Below, piece by piece: positions 28,448-39,660 of a stretch of 64,000 bases of DNA. The stretch is taken from NCBI GenBank assembly GCA_965197905.1, contig CBDAOB010000005.1, positions 320,001-384,000 on the forward strand, in the 5' to 3' direction. The first letter of the stretch is position 1, and each line of letters begins with the position of its first letter. Both the position numbers and the translations under genes were made by a program. A model generated the notes under the pieces. The model had not been told where the DNA came from, did no database searches, and saw nothing but the letters and a program-made list of their open reading frames with translations. This DNA comes from Candidatus Latescibacterota bacterium. Lineage in GTDB: Bacteria > Latescibacterota > UBA2968 > UBA8231.

Positions 28448-29836
28448 CTATTCGGTCCAGTAGGAGTAGAATCGGCACTGCCGCGCCCGGAAGCGCAGCG
28501 CCACGGAACGCCCCTCAAGGCTTTCCCATGAGCTGCTCTGCCAGCTGAATTCGCCGCGGATCGAATCCCCACTAAGAGGTGCGGCTACGGCCAGCGCCGA
28601 CCCACTCTCGTCTACCACTTCGACTCCCAACTCACCGTCGGGCGCATCGATGTTGACGCATAGACGCCGTCCGCTCGCTTGGAAGGATTGGGTAACCAGA
28701 AGGCCCTCGTCCGTGCCAGCGTCCAGCGAGATGAAGCCGTCTCGCCGCAGCACCGCCAGACAGATGGCGGACCCGTCGGGATCCTTCTTGAAACCCGGCG
28801 GAAAATCATCCCGGTACTTCAACCCGCTGTAGTAAAACCAGAGCTCCTCGCCTTTCACGAGCGGCGTCGAAGGTCCGATGATCTGGGTCAGATCGTAGGC
28901 GCCCGATTCGGTGGGGCTGGGTCCAATGAAAGGTTGCCGGTGGCCCAACCGCTGCCAATGCCTAAGGTCTCGACTGCACACCAGCTGTACGAGGTGGAAC
29001 CCTGCCCGGTTGCGGCCGTCGGCACTGGGAGCCACAGCGTGGAACATGGCCGGCGTGCCGATGTAGAGCCCCTCATAGGCAAAGGCGCCCATGTTGTAGA
29101 CGTCCACATTGTAGGCCGCCGGTTCATCGGCGTATCGCGGCAGCAGCGCCTGGTTCGCGAAGCGTTCGCGAATGTGCTCTTGTCCCAGCAACTGATCTGC
29201 ATCGTCGGCGTGGAAGACCAGCTGCGGTTCGCTCCAGACGGCGAAGTCGGCACTGGTGCAAAGCCAGACGGAGCGGCCGTACGGACCGCGCAGCTTGAAG
29301 GTCAGGATGAATTGATGTCGTCCGGCGTCAAAGGAAATATTGTACTCGTCAGAGGTCTGGATCGCCGGCGGCTCCATCATCTGCCAGCCCGATCCGTCCG
29401 GAGACGAGGCAAAACCCACATTGGGCAACGCCGTCTTGAACGGCCGTTCCGGGTCGGCCGGGTCGCGGACCACGAGCTGGATTCCGCGCGGTCCGGCGTC
29501 GGTCTCCACCTGACAGCGCTGCCTTTCTTGCTCGCCATCGTAGGGACAGACCCAGTGCAGGCCGTCTTCGCTCTCCCAGTATGAATGTCCGCTGCCGATG
29601 AGCCAGAGCTTGTAGACATTCTCGACCGGATCCCAGATGGGGGCGTTGCGGGTCTGCAGGTCTCCACCCAACCTGCCATTGTCTTCAGGTCGGATCACCG
29701 CTCCCTTCTTGTCAGGCCGGTGCATCGTACGCACCAGATGCTCCATCTGCGCCACGCCACAGTCGTCGACAAAGAGTTGGCGCTCGCCGACAGGTACGGA
29801 AAAGGTGTCCTGTTTACTCCTGACCGGATTTTCCAT
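28448..29836 (-). CDS. Glycoside hydrolase-like beta-propeller protein (RQLFxDD family)
   Basis: RQLFVDD, SEDGLHW, TSDE, SRDLRHW, LWFYYSG, LRRDGFISLDA. Confidence 0.7.
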   Translation of the reverse strand: MENPVRSKQDTFSVPVGERQLFVDDCGVAQMEHLVRTMHRPDKKGAVIRPEDNGRLGGDLQTRNAPIWDPVENVYKLWLIGSGHSYWESEDGLHWVCPYDGEQERQRCQVETDAGPRGIQLVVRDPADPERPFKTALPNVGFASSPDGSGWQMMEPPAIQTSDEYNISFDAGRHQFILTFKLRGPYGRSVWLCTSADFAVWSEPQLVFHADDADQLLGQEHIRERFANQALLPRYADEPAAYNVDVYNMGAFAYEGLYIGTPAMFHAVAPSADGRNRAGFHLVQLVCSRDLRHWQRLGHRQPFIGPSPTESGAYDLTQIIGPSTPLVKGEELWFYYSGLKYRDDFPPGFKKDPDGSAICLAVLRRDGFISLDAGTDEGLLVTQSFQASGRRLCVNIDAPDGELGVEVVDESGSALAVAAPLSGDSIRGEFSWQSSSWESLEGRSVALRFRARQCRFYSYWTE

Positions 29837-30109
29837 GACCCCATTCTCTCAATAAAGGGAGTCTCCGGCAACCCCGGGGCATTCCGCTGCGACTTCGTTC
29901 TGCGTCCTCAATTTGCGTTGACACGCCTGTGACCCGTTTTTCGAGCGAATTGCTTGGCAATTCGATCTGTGGCGGCAGCTGGCTGGCCTACTGGTTCTGC
30001 GCCAAGGAACAGGACGAACCGATCGAGGAGTCCAGATCGTGCGCCATATCGCCGGCACATTCTTCAAGTCGGATTGACGCGAACTTAGGACTTAGTAAGG
30101 ATTACCCAC

Positions 30110-31015
30110 ATGTTGGAAATGACGGAGCGCGAAAAGTTCCTCTTCGACCTGCAAGGGTTTCTTCACGTCAGGGATTTTCTGAATGCTGACGAGGTCAGGG
30201 CCCTCAACGACGCTGTGGATGCCAACGTCGTGCCGATGGAGGAGTACGAATGGACGGGACCCAATCAGTACGCCGGCGGCATGGATGGGGACTACAGCAT
30301 TCGCACTGCATCGGGAATGCTCACCTGGGAAAAACCCTGGTGCCAACCGTTTCGGGACCTGATGGCCCATCCGAAGGCAATTCCATACCTGAACTCGCTT
30401 TTCGGCCGTGGCTGGAGACTAGAGGGCGGGCCCAGCATGATAATGGCTCGCAAGGGGTGTGGCGGCCATGGTCTGCACGGCTACACTAGCCGGCAGTACG
30501 ACGGAGCCCAGTGTTATGTCTACGCCAACGGTCAGTTCCGCACCGGCATGACCTTATTCCAATATCAGCTGCGGGATATCGAGGAAGGTAAAGGAGGGGT
30601 TACCGTCATGCCGGGCAGCCACAAGGCCAACTTCAAGTGCCCCGAAGACATCCTGCTCTACAACACGGATAGAGAGGCCGTGCGCAACGTGGGGTGCAAG
30701 GCGGGCGACCTGATAATATTTATGGAGACGACGATCCACGGCTCGCTGCCCTGGACACTGGATTACGAACGGCGCTCGATTCTATACCCTTACAGCCCCA
30801 AGTGCAACAGCTTTGGCACCGGGATTTACGAAACCGTGATGCCGGATTGGTTCGACGAACTCACCGAGGTGCAGAAATCGGTATTGGAGCCGCCTTATTA
30901 TTACGGTCGATCGCTGATCGAGGATGACGTGGAAACGCTGGTCAGTCCCCACGCGGAGCCCAAGGATCACATTCCGCGCAAGCGCCATGAGTTCATCCAG
31001 TCATCGCGCTCCTGA
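30110..31015 (+). CDS. PhyH-like Fe/2OG dioxygenase family protein lacking the HxD motif
   Basis: FLFDLQGF, LHG, PGSHKANF, AGD..IF, HGSLPW, RRS. Confidence 0.8.
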   Translation: MLEMTEREKFLFDLQGFLHVRDFLNADEVRALNDAVDANVVPMEEYEWTGPNQYAGGMDGDYSIRTASGMLTWEKPWCQPFRDLMAHPKAIPYLNSLFGRGWRLEGGPSMIMARKGCGGHGLHGYTSRQYDGAQCYVYANGQFRTGMTLFQYQLRDIEEGKGGVTVMPGSHKANFKCPEDILLYNTDREAVRNVGCKAGDLIIFMETTIHGSLPWTLDYERRSILYPYSPKCNSFGTGIYETVMPDWFDELTEVQKSVLEPPYYYGRSLIEDDVETLVSPHAEPKDHIPRKRHEFIQSSRS

Positions 31016-31769
31016 TGGCATCGAGCTGTTTCTTGGTCACTCCGGCGTCGCTTAAATATCCTGCTACCCCGCCGTAACGCTCGTCCAGGTAATCGAGGGT
31101 CAATTCCATCGTCGCGGGGTTACAGGCCCCGACCTGGTAATCTCTCCAGGTGTACTCTTCGGGAGACACGTCCGGGTTTTGCTCAAAGTGACGCACGATC
31201 ATGTAACGCGCGGTCAGGGCATAATCCTCGACGATCGTCTCTCTTGGCACTCCCGAAATGTCCAGGACAAACGCCGCGACGATTCCCGCCCTGTCTTTGC
31301 CGGCGTTGCAGTGAACGATTGCCGGAAGCCCGTCTGCCCGCGCGAGTATGGATATGATTTCGTGGAGGATGTGTTTGCGCTGTTCGAGGATCAGGCAGTA
31401 GCGGCGGCCTCTGAGCGTGGCCACGTCTTCGATTTCGATCGCCTTCTCGCCCTCCTCCAGATCGACGTCACCGACCATGTTCTGATGATAGTAGGCGACC
31501 GCGTCGCAGCCGATGAAAACGCTGGGTTTGAACTGGAGGTCGGCGCTGCGCCGCAGGTCTATGACGCTGCGCACGCCATAGTCGATGAGGGCATCCCTCG
31601 AGCCGGGCGTCAGATCGGCCAATGTGTCCGACCTCAAATATTTACCCCAATTGGTGGTGCGGCCGTCGATGGTTGCATATCCACCGAGATCTCGTGTGTT
31701 GTAGTTGCCGTCGAGGGGGAGGTGCCGCCTCCGGCGGCCGTCTTCCGATGTAGCGTGAGCATGTCGCAT
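30993..31769 (-). CDS. Tyrosine/serine protein phosphatase (Y_phosphatase3 / IphP-like)
   Basis: NTRDLGGY, VIDLR, HCNAGKDRAG, EDYALT. Confidence 0.92.
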   Translation of the reverse strand: MRHAHATSEDGRRRRHLPLDGNYNTRDLGGYATIDGRTTNWGKYLRSDTLADLTPGSRDALIDYGVRSVIDLRRSADLQFKPSVFIGCDAVAYYHQNMVGDVDLEEGEKAIEIEDVATLRGRRYCLILEQRKHILHEIISILARADGLPAIVHCNAGKDRAGIVAAFVLDISGVPRETIVEDYALTARYMIVRHFEQNPDVSPEEYTWRDYQVGACNPATMELTLDYLDERYGGVAGYLSDAGVTKKQLDAIRSAMTG

Positions 31770-32038
31770 ACGATTTCCGTTCGAATACGGGACGGAGGTG
31801 GTCCCGTCAGAGCTTAAGTAGAGAGCAGCCGTCCTATCGATAGTATCGAGCGAAGATCGAGCCTTGTCGAGACTTGCTTCGAAATGCGCTGTAGCTTGGA
31901 AAGCTGCAGAGGTCTGGCAGTTTTGCGTATAAGACCTCACAGGCACACCGATGGCAATATGCGTATTCTTTTCGGCGCGCAGGCATGGCGTGGTTGCCAT
32001 GGTCGCCAGCAGCAGCTGATCCTAGGAGAGATCGTGCA

Positions 32039-32890
32039 GTGAAGATTCTATTTATCGGTACAGGAGTAGGCGAGACCCTCAAGATCGACGGCGAGAGTTT
32101 GGTCGAGGGGCCCATGCCCTGCGGGCGCGAACTGCTACGGGGCCCATCGTCGATCCTGCTCGAGCCCAACATACGGATCGACTACAGCGAGCACGGACCG
32201 CTAGCACGCTTCGGCGTCGACGAACAATCCGTGGAGCACCTGGTTTTTACCCACGGGCACACAGACCACCTGCTACCGCGAAGCATGTTAGCGTTCGCCG
32301 CCCGACAGCCGCTGGGACTCGATGTGTACGGCAACAACATGGTTGTAGATGCCATCGCCTTCGCGGCGACGCATAGGTGGGATGCGGACAGAGGACGGTT
32401 TTATCCACAGAAAATCGATGCCGACCTGCGGTTTCATCCGGTACGCCCCGGCGACACGTTCTCGGTCGCAAACGCGACCTTCACAGCCTTGTTGAGCAAC
32501 CACTTCATCGACCAAGCCAATATGATCCAGGGGCAGCAGGCACTCAATTTCGTGATCGAACAGGGGGGCAAGACCCTCTTCTACGGCCTGGACTCAGCGT
32601 ATCCGCTGCCGGAAACGATGGAGGCGCTCAAGGACTATCGCCTCGACGCCGCCGTATTCGACGCCAAGGGAGGCGCGACGGAAATCGACCTGGCCAGAGG
32701 TCATATGAACTTCGCCATGGTGGACGAACTCGTGACAGAGCTGCGTCGGGCCGGCACGGTCACCGATAACACGGTGGTTCTGGTTTCGCACTTGAGCCTG
32801 GCGGCTACTGAGCCATTCGACGAGATCGCCGCAGACATGGCAGCGCGCGGATTCCGGCTTGCCTACGCCGGTCTGCGCCTGGAGCTGTAG
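32039..32890 (+). CDS. MBL-fold metallo-hydrolase (PhnP-like)
   Basis: FIGTG, THGHTDH, SNH, YGLDS, GHM, SH. GTG 32039 follows AGGAG. Confidence 0.85.
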   Translation: MKILFIGTGVGETLKIDGESLVEGPMPCGRELLRGPSSILLEPNIRIDYSEHGPLARFGVDEQSVEHLVFTHGHTDHLLPRSMLAFAARQPLGLDVYGNNMVVDAIAFAATHRWDADRGRFYPQKIDADLRFHPVRPGDTFSVANATFTALLSNHFIDQANMIQGQQALNFVIEQGGKTLFYGLDSAYPLPETMEALKDYRLDAAVFDAKGGATEIDLARGHMNFAMVDELVTELRRAGTVTDNTVVLVSHLSLAATEPFDEIAADMAARGFRLAYAGLRLEL

Positions 32891-32935
32891 CGCAAATCGA
32901 CGAGACCGACACCGTGTCGTTTTTCCTGCGGGCTA

Positions 32936-34031
32936 TCATCGGTTTCTCGGAGTACGGACACCCGCTCTGAATTTGATGGTTGGTACCTGCCCCTGCCATG
33001 CGTCGGCGATGATGCGCATGATGGGTGGTGTGGCGAGCTGGAAGTTGCGGCCCAGCGGCCGCGGGTGGGGGAACCACTTCCACAGCAATGCGCCGACGAT
33101 ACGGGGCTCCTCGCCGATGGCGTCGAGAGCTGCGAGCCAGCACATCTCCTGGATAGCCCGCGCGCCGTTCGTCCGTATGGTGATCCCAGGGTTTTGCAGC
33201 CGCGGTATACGACTGATTGTACCCCAGTTCGGTGAAGAGGACATGGCGATTCTGCTCCAGACTGTAGTCGCGAAGCTCGACGACGATTCTCTGCCATCCG
33301 GACCTGATGTCAGCGCCAGTCGGGTCCGCCACCTCAGAGACGGGAAAGTACGCCTGGATTCCGATCACGTCCAGTGCGTCCCAAAAGGGCACGCGTCTAA
33401 AATCCGACCAGTTGGCCGCATAGGTTATGTGACCGGTGTACACCTTTCTTACTTCGGCGATGAGGGCACGCCAACGAGATTCGTGATTCAGCGTCTTGTC
33501 GAGCTCCGTGCCGATCACAAAGGCGTCGGCCTCACGGCACGCTGCGGCCAGTTCGAGAATCCATGCGCTGTAGTCGTGCCAGAAACGTTCCCACTTCTCC
33601 TCGGTGTCGAAGGTGATGTCGCCGCGCCAGGAGAATCCGCTGCGCCAGTAGGCCAAATGGGGTTTGATGCAAATCTTTAGGCCCTGTGCGTGAGCTTCCT
33701 CGATCGGACGTGTCCAGTGGCCCGGAGGGGGAGCACCCTCGTCGAGACGCCTGCGCCCAACGGAGCCGCTGCTGGTGATCCTGCCGTAGGGATGGGTGGC
33801 AATCCAGTTGGCGCCAAGTATCTTGATGTCCCGGACCGTTGGCACCATTACGTCCTGGCCCCAGTCGTGCCCGCTGCCATGGGTGGAGATGGTGATGCCA
33901 CGGACGATGATGCTGTCCTCGTCGGGCGGGCTTGCTGCTGCGTACCCCGTCGTACCGCAAAGCACCCCAACGACGATCAATCGGATATGGGTTGCTGCAC
34001 ATTTTAAACGTGAGCGCAGGTCGCTTCGCAT
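32936..34031 (-). CDS. Glycoside hydrolase family 113-like protein with an apparent +1 frameshift near 33168
   Basis: KPHL, IGTEL, TYAANW, IGIQAYFP, FTELGY. The C-terminus GALLWKW lies in ORF 32936-33244. Confidence 0.8.
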
Positions 34032-34202
34032 TCAGAAATTCCGAATCAGCTTTTTCAGCAGTACTATAGTTACTAGCGACATTCGAGCAAGGACCAAAAT
34101 TTCTCTCAGCATTCGTGATCTTGTGAGCAATGGCACCAAGGGCTACAGGTGCTATTTTAAATGCAGAATCTGACCCCACTTTAGCTTTTTCGACTGGAGA
34201 TA

Positions 34203-34979
34203 ATGACGAAGACCCTTCGGCAGGAATACGACGAAACTGGATTTTGCATTGCTCGTGGGGTAATTGATCCCGGCCTTGCGGCTGAAACCGTGGACCACGT
34301 ACACTGGCTGGTCGAAAGGAATCCCAATTTGCGGCCCGAGCGCCTACATCATCAACTGCTGATGCACGATCCTTTCATGCACCGCCTGGTTTGCGACGAC
34401 CGCCTCGTAGATATCGCTGAACAGTTCCTCGGTCCGAATGTGGCGATGTTCGCGGCGCACTATATTGCCAAGAAGCCCGGTACCGGCCAGGCGGTGCAGT
34501 GGCACCAGGACGGTTCCTACTGGCCGCTGGAGCCGATGGAAGTAACGACCTTATGGGTGGCGGGCACGGATTCGACGGCGGCCAATGGCTGTATGCGGGT
34601 GTTGCCGGGGACGCATACCAGGAAGCTGCTGAAAAAAAGCGATATGGTAGACCTGGATACCGACAAGTTCGTCCTCGAGGTGGGGATTCATCCCGACGAT
34701 ATCGACGAGGCCGACGCCGTAGATCTCCAGCTCAAGGCCGGGGATATCTCCATCCATCATCCCGGTATCATTCACGGCTCCAACGCCAATACTTCGGACC
34801 AATGGCGGGTGGGGCTGACGCTGCGTTACATACCTACCAGCACCAAAGTGAAGACCGGATTTCCAAGTATCATGTGCCGGGGCGAGGTCGTGCCTGAGAT
34901 CGGTAACGATTACGCTCCGCGACCGCGATATGTCCAAGCCGATCACATGTCTTTTGCCGGCTGCGAGGATTGGCGGTGA
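34203..34979 (+). CDS. Phytanoyl-CoA dioxygenase (PhyH) family protein
   Basis: WHQDGSYW, NGCMRVLPGTH, HGSNAN, RVGLTLRY. Confidence 0.92.
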   Translation: MTKTLRQEYDETGFCIARGVIDPGLAAETVDHVHWLVERNPNLRPERLHHQLLMHDPFMHRLVCDDRLVDIAEQFLGPNVAMFAAHYIAKKPGTGQAVQWHQDGSYWPLEPMEVTTLWVAGTDSTAANGCMRVLPGTHTRKLLKKSDMVDLDTDKFVLEVGIHPDDIDEADAVDLQLKAGDISIHHPGIIHGSNANTSDQWRVGLTLRYIPTSTKVKTGFPSIMCRGEVVPEIGNDYAPRPRYVQADHMSFAGCEDWR

Positions 34980-35072
34980 GGAGCGGCAATTCTGCAGGTT
35001 CGCCATGTGATGTATCCAGCTGTCCACCGGTTTTCCTGATCCATCTCTTTGACAGTGTTTTTGTGTCGTTCA

Positions 35073-37955
35073 CTAGATCGGCCGGCCGAATTCGGTGAAG
35101 CCTATCATGGTGCGCACGAAAAACTCGATGAGGTCGAAGTTCCGCCGGTCGGCAAACCTCGAGTCGTATCTTCGGCTGTCCTTGCTAACTCCGATGATCG
35201 TCATCAGATCGTAGCCGAAATAGTCTGATTGGTTGGTGAGGGAGAGGAGGAGGGTGCGTTGCTCGAAGCTGTTGCGATCGGATGTATCGTTCCGCTTACG
35301 GTAGGGAAGACCGGCAAGTCCTTGAATGCCGAAACGCAGACGGGTGCGTGGCATGAACTGATACTCCAGGCGCAGGATCGGAATGGAGCGCAACTCTGAG
35401 GTGATGTCCACATCCCGTTCCCGATCGACCAGACGCTGAACCATCAGTTTGTATTGGGGTGAGATGCGCAGCTTGCCCAGGTTCCAGTCGTATTGCGCCT
35501 GACTTACCCAGGTGTAGAAATCGAGCCGGGCACCGCGTTGGAAGATGCCTTTGTCCAGCTCGCCGCCTCGCTGCCAGTTCGCCCGCAAGCGCATCTTCTG
35601 GGTCAGCTGGAAGCCGGTAGGCAGCACGGCGCGACCCTCCAGGTAGCTATCGCTGACGAAGCTATCGCGATAGGAAAGCCCATCGGGGACGAAGTCGAGC
35701 TCCAGAAATTTGACAATCCCCTGCCCCAGGGGCGCGTCGGCAATATAGACGACGCCGCGGGATCCGAAGATACTTTCCCGTGCTCCGGCGTCGTCGCCGA
35801 ATTGCATGTACTCGTCGGCGATGTCGTCCTCAACTCTGCGCACGCTACTTTCGAAAGTCAGATACATCAGTCGGTCCAAATTCGCGACGCGATACTGCGC
35901 GATCGCGTAGGAAGCTCGATTCTTCCCGCTGCCGGCGATTTCTTCGATGTCGTAATGGCCCACGACGGCGGACCAACGGGGGGAGAGTTGATACTGTGCG
36001 AAAAGGTGGAATCCCCGTTCGTCATGCTCGTAGGGATAATCCACTTCGGCGTCGTCCTCGCGATGGTCGGGTTCGTCGTTGTTGTTGCGGTCGAGTCCGT
36101 AGGCATAGCTGTTGGGCTCGACGTCGAACATCAGAAATGGCTCCTGGTAGTCGGGAAGCCGATTGAGGTTGCGATTGGTGTCGGGGGCGCCGTCATTGTC
36201 GGCGTCCTGCCCGAGCCAGACCCCATCCAGGTCGGTGCCGACATTGTCCCGCGGTATGCCTACCAGGTTGCCCAGCTTGATATCGGGATAGATATCTCCG
36301 TCCTCGTTGTCATCCACCAGGCGCCAGTAAGCCATATTGTTGAGCACGGCGCTGCCGCCGAGGACGTATGATCGCAGTTCGGTGTGGAATTCGGGTTGAA
36401 TGGAGAACAGCTCGGCACCGAGCGCGCCGCGGCCAAAGTTGTGTACGGCGTTGAGGAAATACGCCGAACCCCCGTCGGCAAAGCGCGGAGAGTCGTCGAA
36501 GGTGGGCAGGCGATCGGCCCCATACGAGGGATACCGCCAATACTGTTTCGAGCGGGCGTACTCAGCGGAGATCTCCAATCCCGGCAGCTGCAGCTGCAAG
36601 TCGGCGCTGTAGACAAAGTTTGATATCCCCTCCCCGACGTCGAAACGGACGCGCTCGAGATTGGAAAGATCCTGCACATTGCCCTCGGCACGCGACTCCA
36701 CGTTGTAGTAGGAAGCGGACAGGCGGTCGTAGTACTGCCTGGAGACGGAACCGAGTTTGGAATAGGCGTACGCCACGTCGATCAGGTAGTCGTTGCCCAC
36801 CAGGGTCTCGATGGCTACGGAGTGAATCCCGGGTTCACCAGCCAGATCGTATACGAAGACCACTTGCCGCTCGCCGTCGGCTCGCAGGGTTTGGTCGGGC
36901 GATTCTACCTGGAAAGAGGATATCAGACCAGGTATGTTGCCAATGGTGCTGACGTCCAATCCAGCCTCGTGATCGAGTCTGGTGAGATAGTCGGCGAACA
37001 ACGGATACTCGCGCCCGCGGTAGAAGTACTCGTTGACGTAAGCGGTGGCGGCGCCCGAGGAGCTAAAGAGGTTGTACTCCAACGGCACGAACGCGCCAGA
37101 TACGCGCGAAACGAAACCGACCTGAATAGAGGGATTGTCGCCATGACTTATCACCCGCGGCTTCAGGTCCGGTCGCAGTTGGCCGTCGATAATGATGTCC
37201 ACCTTCTGGATGACGGCGCCACCGATCCCGTCCTCAGGCGAGTCGTCTCTGAAACGGACAAAGATCAGATCGATCAGGGGTTGGTCTGACTTCAGCCGAC
37301 CCTTGAGGCTATTGTCGGTCTGATTGCTGTCGTAAAGGTGCTGATTGACCCAGTTGAGCCCCACGTTCAGCGCCCCAAGGTTCGCCTGGATCCGGCTGCC
37401 CAGCAGCATGGCCGAATCCCCGTCATTTTCCCGTAACGCACCGACGGGATGCTGCATGCGAGAAGCCAGAGCGGTGAATTCCAGATCGGGAAGCAGCAGA
37501 TCGAAACGAGCGCCGTTGTAGTTCGCTTTGGACAGGGTGAGCGGGGTAAAACGAGCGCTCATCGCCTCTCCGATGATGGCGGAATACCCCCAGTTATTGT
37601 ATCCGTCGCTGGCGGCAACCAGGTTGTCGAAGGTGCGGGAGTTCCAGTTGATGTGGCTGCCGAATCTCTCATTCGCCGAACGCCTTTCCTCCCACGTGTA
37701 GGCGCTGTATCCAGTCAACAGGAAATTGCCCATTGGATCGTAGAAGGTCTGAGCCGTATCTGTGTAAGGAAAGAAGTGGGTAGGGTAGTTCTGGATGTTC
37801 TGCCAGGCGTAGTTGCGATACTCCGGTCCGTCGAGCCTGAGGTAAGCCCGAGGCGTCGTCACCTCATTCTCGAAGAAATCCTGGCTCGACGCTGGGCAGG
37901 CCAACAGGATCGAGGGGATCAGCAAATGCCAACCGTTCAATGCTCCTTTTTGCAT
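35073..37955 (-). CDS. Large exported hypothetical protein, probably outer-membrane beta-barrel, with acidic Ca-loop-like motifs
   Basis: Signal peptide. Alternating beta-strand patterns. DDNEDGD, DADNDG, DRNNND motifs. Confidence 0.7.
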   Translation of the reverse strand: MQKGALNGWHLLIPSILLACPASSQDFFENEVTTPRAYLRLDGPEYRNYAWQNIQNYPTHFFPYTDTAQTFYDPMGNFLLTGYSAYTWEERRSANERFGSHINWNSRTFDNLVAASDGYNNWGYSAIIGEAMSARFTPLTLSKANYNGARFDLLLPDLEFTALASRMQHPVGALRENDGDSAMLLGSRIQANLGALNVGLNWVNQHLYDSNQTDNSLKGRLKSDQPLIDLIFVRFRDDSPEDGIGGAVIQKVDIIIDGQLRPDLKPRVISHGDNPSIQVGFVSRVSGAFVPLEYNLFSSSGAATAYVNEYFYRGREYPLFADYLTRLDHEAGLDVSTIGNIPGLISSFQVESPDQTLRADGERQVVFVYDLAGEPGIHSVAIETLVGNDYLIDVAYAYSKLGSVSRQYYDRLSASYYNVESRAEGNVQDLSNLERVRFDVGEGISNFVYSADLQLQLPGLEISAEYARSKQYWRYPSYGADRLPTFDDSPRFADGGSAYFLNAVHNFGRGALGAELFSIQPEFHTELRSYVLGGSAVLNNMAYWRLVDDNEDGDIYPDIKLGNLVGIPRDNVGTDLDGVWLGQDADNDGAPDTNRNLNRLPDYQEPFLMFDVEPNSYAYGLDRNNNDEPDHREDDAEVDYPYEHDERGFHLFAQYQLSPRWSAVVGHYDIEEIAGSGKNRASYAIAQYRVANLDRLMYLTFESSVRRVEDDIADEYMQFGDDAGARESIFGSRGVVYIADAPLGQGIVKFLELDFVPDGLSYRDSFVSDSYLEGRAVLPTGFQLTQKMRLRANWQRGGELDKGIFQRGARLDFYTWVSQAQYDWNLGKLRISPQYKLMVQRLVDRERDVDITSELRSIPILRLEYQFMPRTRLRFGIQGLAGLPYRKRNDTSDRNSFEQRTLLLSLTNQSDYFGYDLMTIIGVSKDSRRYDSRFADRRNFDLIEFFVRTMIGFTEFGRPI

Positions 37956-37988
37956 AGCGGTTCTCGCATAGCTCCGCCGACGGTCAGG

Positions 37989-38594
37989 TCAATCGGAGCC
38001 GGTCGTCCCCTCGCGGACATAGGCTTCCAGGGCAACGCGGGGGCAGATGCTGTCGCGAATATAGTCGACCAGCTGATTGCCCAATCCGCGCAGGCGTGAT
38101 TCCAGCCGCTCGTCGAGGCATTTGCCTGCATCGTCAAAACAATCTTGGACATTGGCCACCGAAACCGGACCGGGAAGCACGATCGCCCCCACGTGTGAGC
38201 ACACGCTGCGCAGATGCTCCAACGCCTTGATGGCGCCGATCTGTCCGCCGGCGACGCCCAGCAGGGCCACTGGTTTTCCGGCCAGCGCAGACGGGAAACC
38301 CAGGTTTTCAATAACGAGCTTTATGGCGCTGGAATAGCTTCCATGGTACTCGGGGGTCGAGAGCACCACACCTGTCGCTTCCGATACGGTCTGTTGAAGC
38401 CGATCCTCGTCCTCGGCGGCCCCTGGTCGACCGGGCAGCGCGAGATCCAGGCTCGACGGATCGATCAGGTCGACCCCGACCTCGTTCTGACTGCCCATCT
38501 CGTCGACCACCAGATCGAGCGCCTTAGAGGTGAAATTGCCCGGCCTTACGCTGCCCCTGACGGCTGCGATGCGGATGGTGCATTCTTCATTCAT
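37989..38594 (-). CDS. NADPH-dependent FMN reductase
   Basis: GSVRPG, TPEYHGSYS, LAGKPV. Confidence 0.92.
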   Translation of the reverse strand: MNEECTIRIAAVRGSVRPGNFTSKALDLVVDEMGSQNEVGVDLIDPSSLDLALPGRPGAAEDEDRLQQTVSEATGVVLSTPEYHGSYSSAIKLVIENLGFPSALAGKPVALLGVAGGQIGAIKALEHLRSVCSHVGAIVLPGPVSVANVQDCFDDAGKCLDERLESRLRGLGNQLVDYIRDSICPRVALEAYVREGTTGSD

Positions 38595-38666
38595 ACTTCA
38601 AGCTCTCCTTGTGTCGTTGGCTCGAAACGAGCGACGCTGTTGATCGCGATGCAGGGCCATTCCATC

Positions 38667-39660
38667 CTAGAGCACGACCTCGCGCCCGGTGCGTGCGGAC
38701 TCCTCGGTTGCTTCCAAGACCTGCATAACCAGTCTGCCATGGGCCTGTGGGATAGGCGTATCCTCATCTCCGCGCTCGATTGATCGCACGAACTCGGAGA
38801 ATTCGTCCGCCAGGCTGTCTGTGGTCTCCACCGGCTCTTCCCGCCAGGTGCCGTCGGGCGTGTCGGCCACCCACAGACCGACAGAAGGTTGCAGCTGAAA
38901 CCGTGCCTGGCCTTTGGTGAAGAATAACTCCGCCCCGGTTGCGGTTGCGCCCACCTGCCACGCGAGGCGACTCACGGTGGCGACCACACCCGATTTCCAG
39001 CGGAGGAAGTAGATCCCGGTGTCGTCCGCCTTGATCTGCGGATGGGGCGAACGCTCCGATCCGGGCGCTTACGGTCTCGATGTCCAAGCCGATAAGCCAC
39101 AGCAAACGGTCGATCTGATGCGTTCCGTCCATCAAACCCATGCCGCCGCCCCGTTCTCGATCCAACATCCACGCCGGCCTCGCCGGCAGATCGAACGGCT
39201 TGTGCCAGGTGTCGTGCGCCATGATCGGATCGCCGAGCCGTTTGGAATCGACGATCTGCTTCATAGCCTTCACCACTGGATAATATCGCTGGGTATGGGC
39301 GGTCATCAACCTGACGTCGTTCGCTTTTGCCGCCGCCAACATCTCGTCCGCCTCCGACAGCCATATCGCCAGCGGCTTTTCCATGAATATGTGTTTGCCG
39401 GCGCTGGCTGCATCGAGGGCTGCCTGCTTGTGCAACCCGTGGGGTAGCGCTCCGATCGCGATTTGTACGTCGTTGTATGCGAGCGCCTCTGTAAAATCCT
39501 TCACAAATTCTACCTCTGGATGTTTCTCGCGGAGCGGCGCTGTCTGCTCATCGCGAGGCTCAGCGACAACGAGCATCTCCACGCCGGCGGTCTGCTTGAC
39601 GACGCCGATGTAGGATCCGCCGATGCGGCCGGCGCCCAGCACAGCTACCCCCATCGTCAT
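38667..39660 (-). CDS. Gfo/Idh/MocA oxidoreductase with an apparent +1 frameshift at 39044-39047
   Basis: GAGRIG, AGKHIFMEKP, GGG..MDGTH.ID. The C-terminus continues in ORF 38667-38987. Confidence 0.85.
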
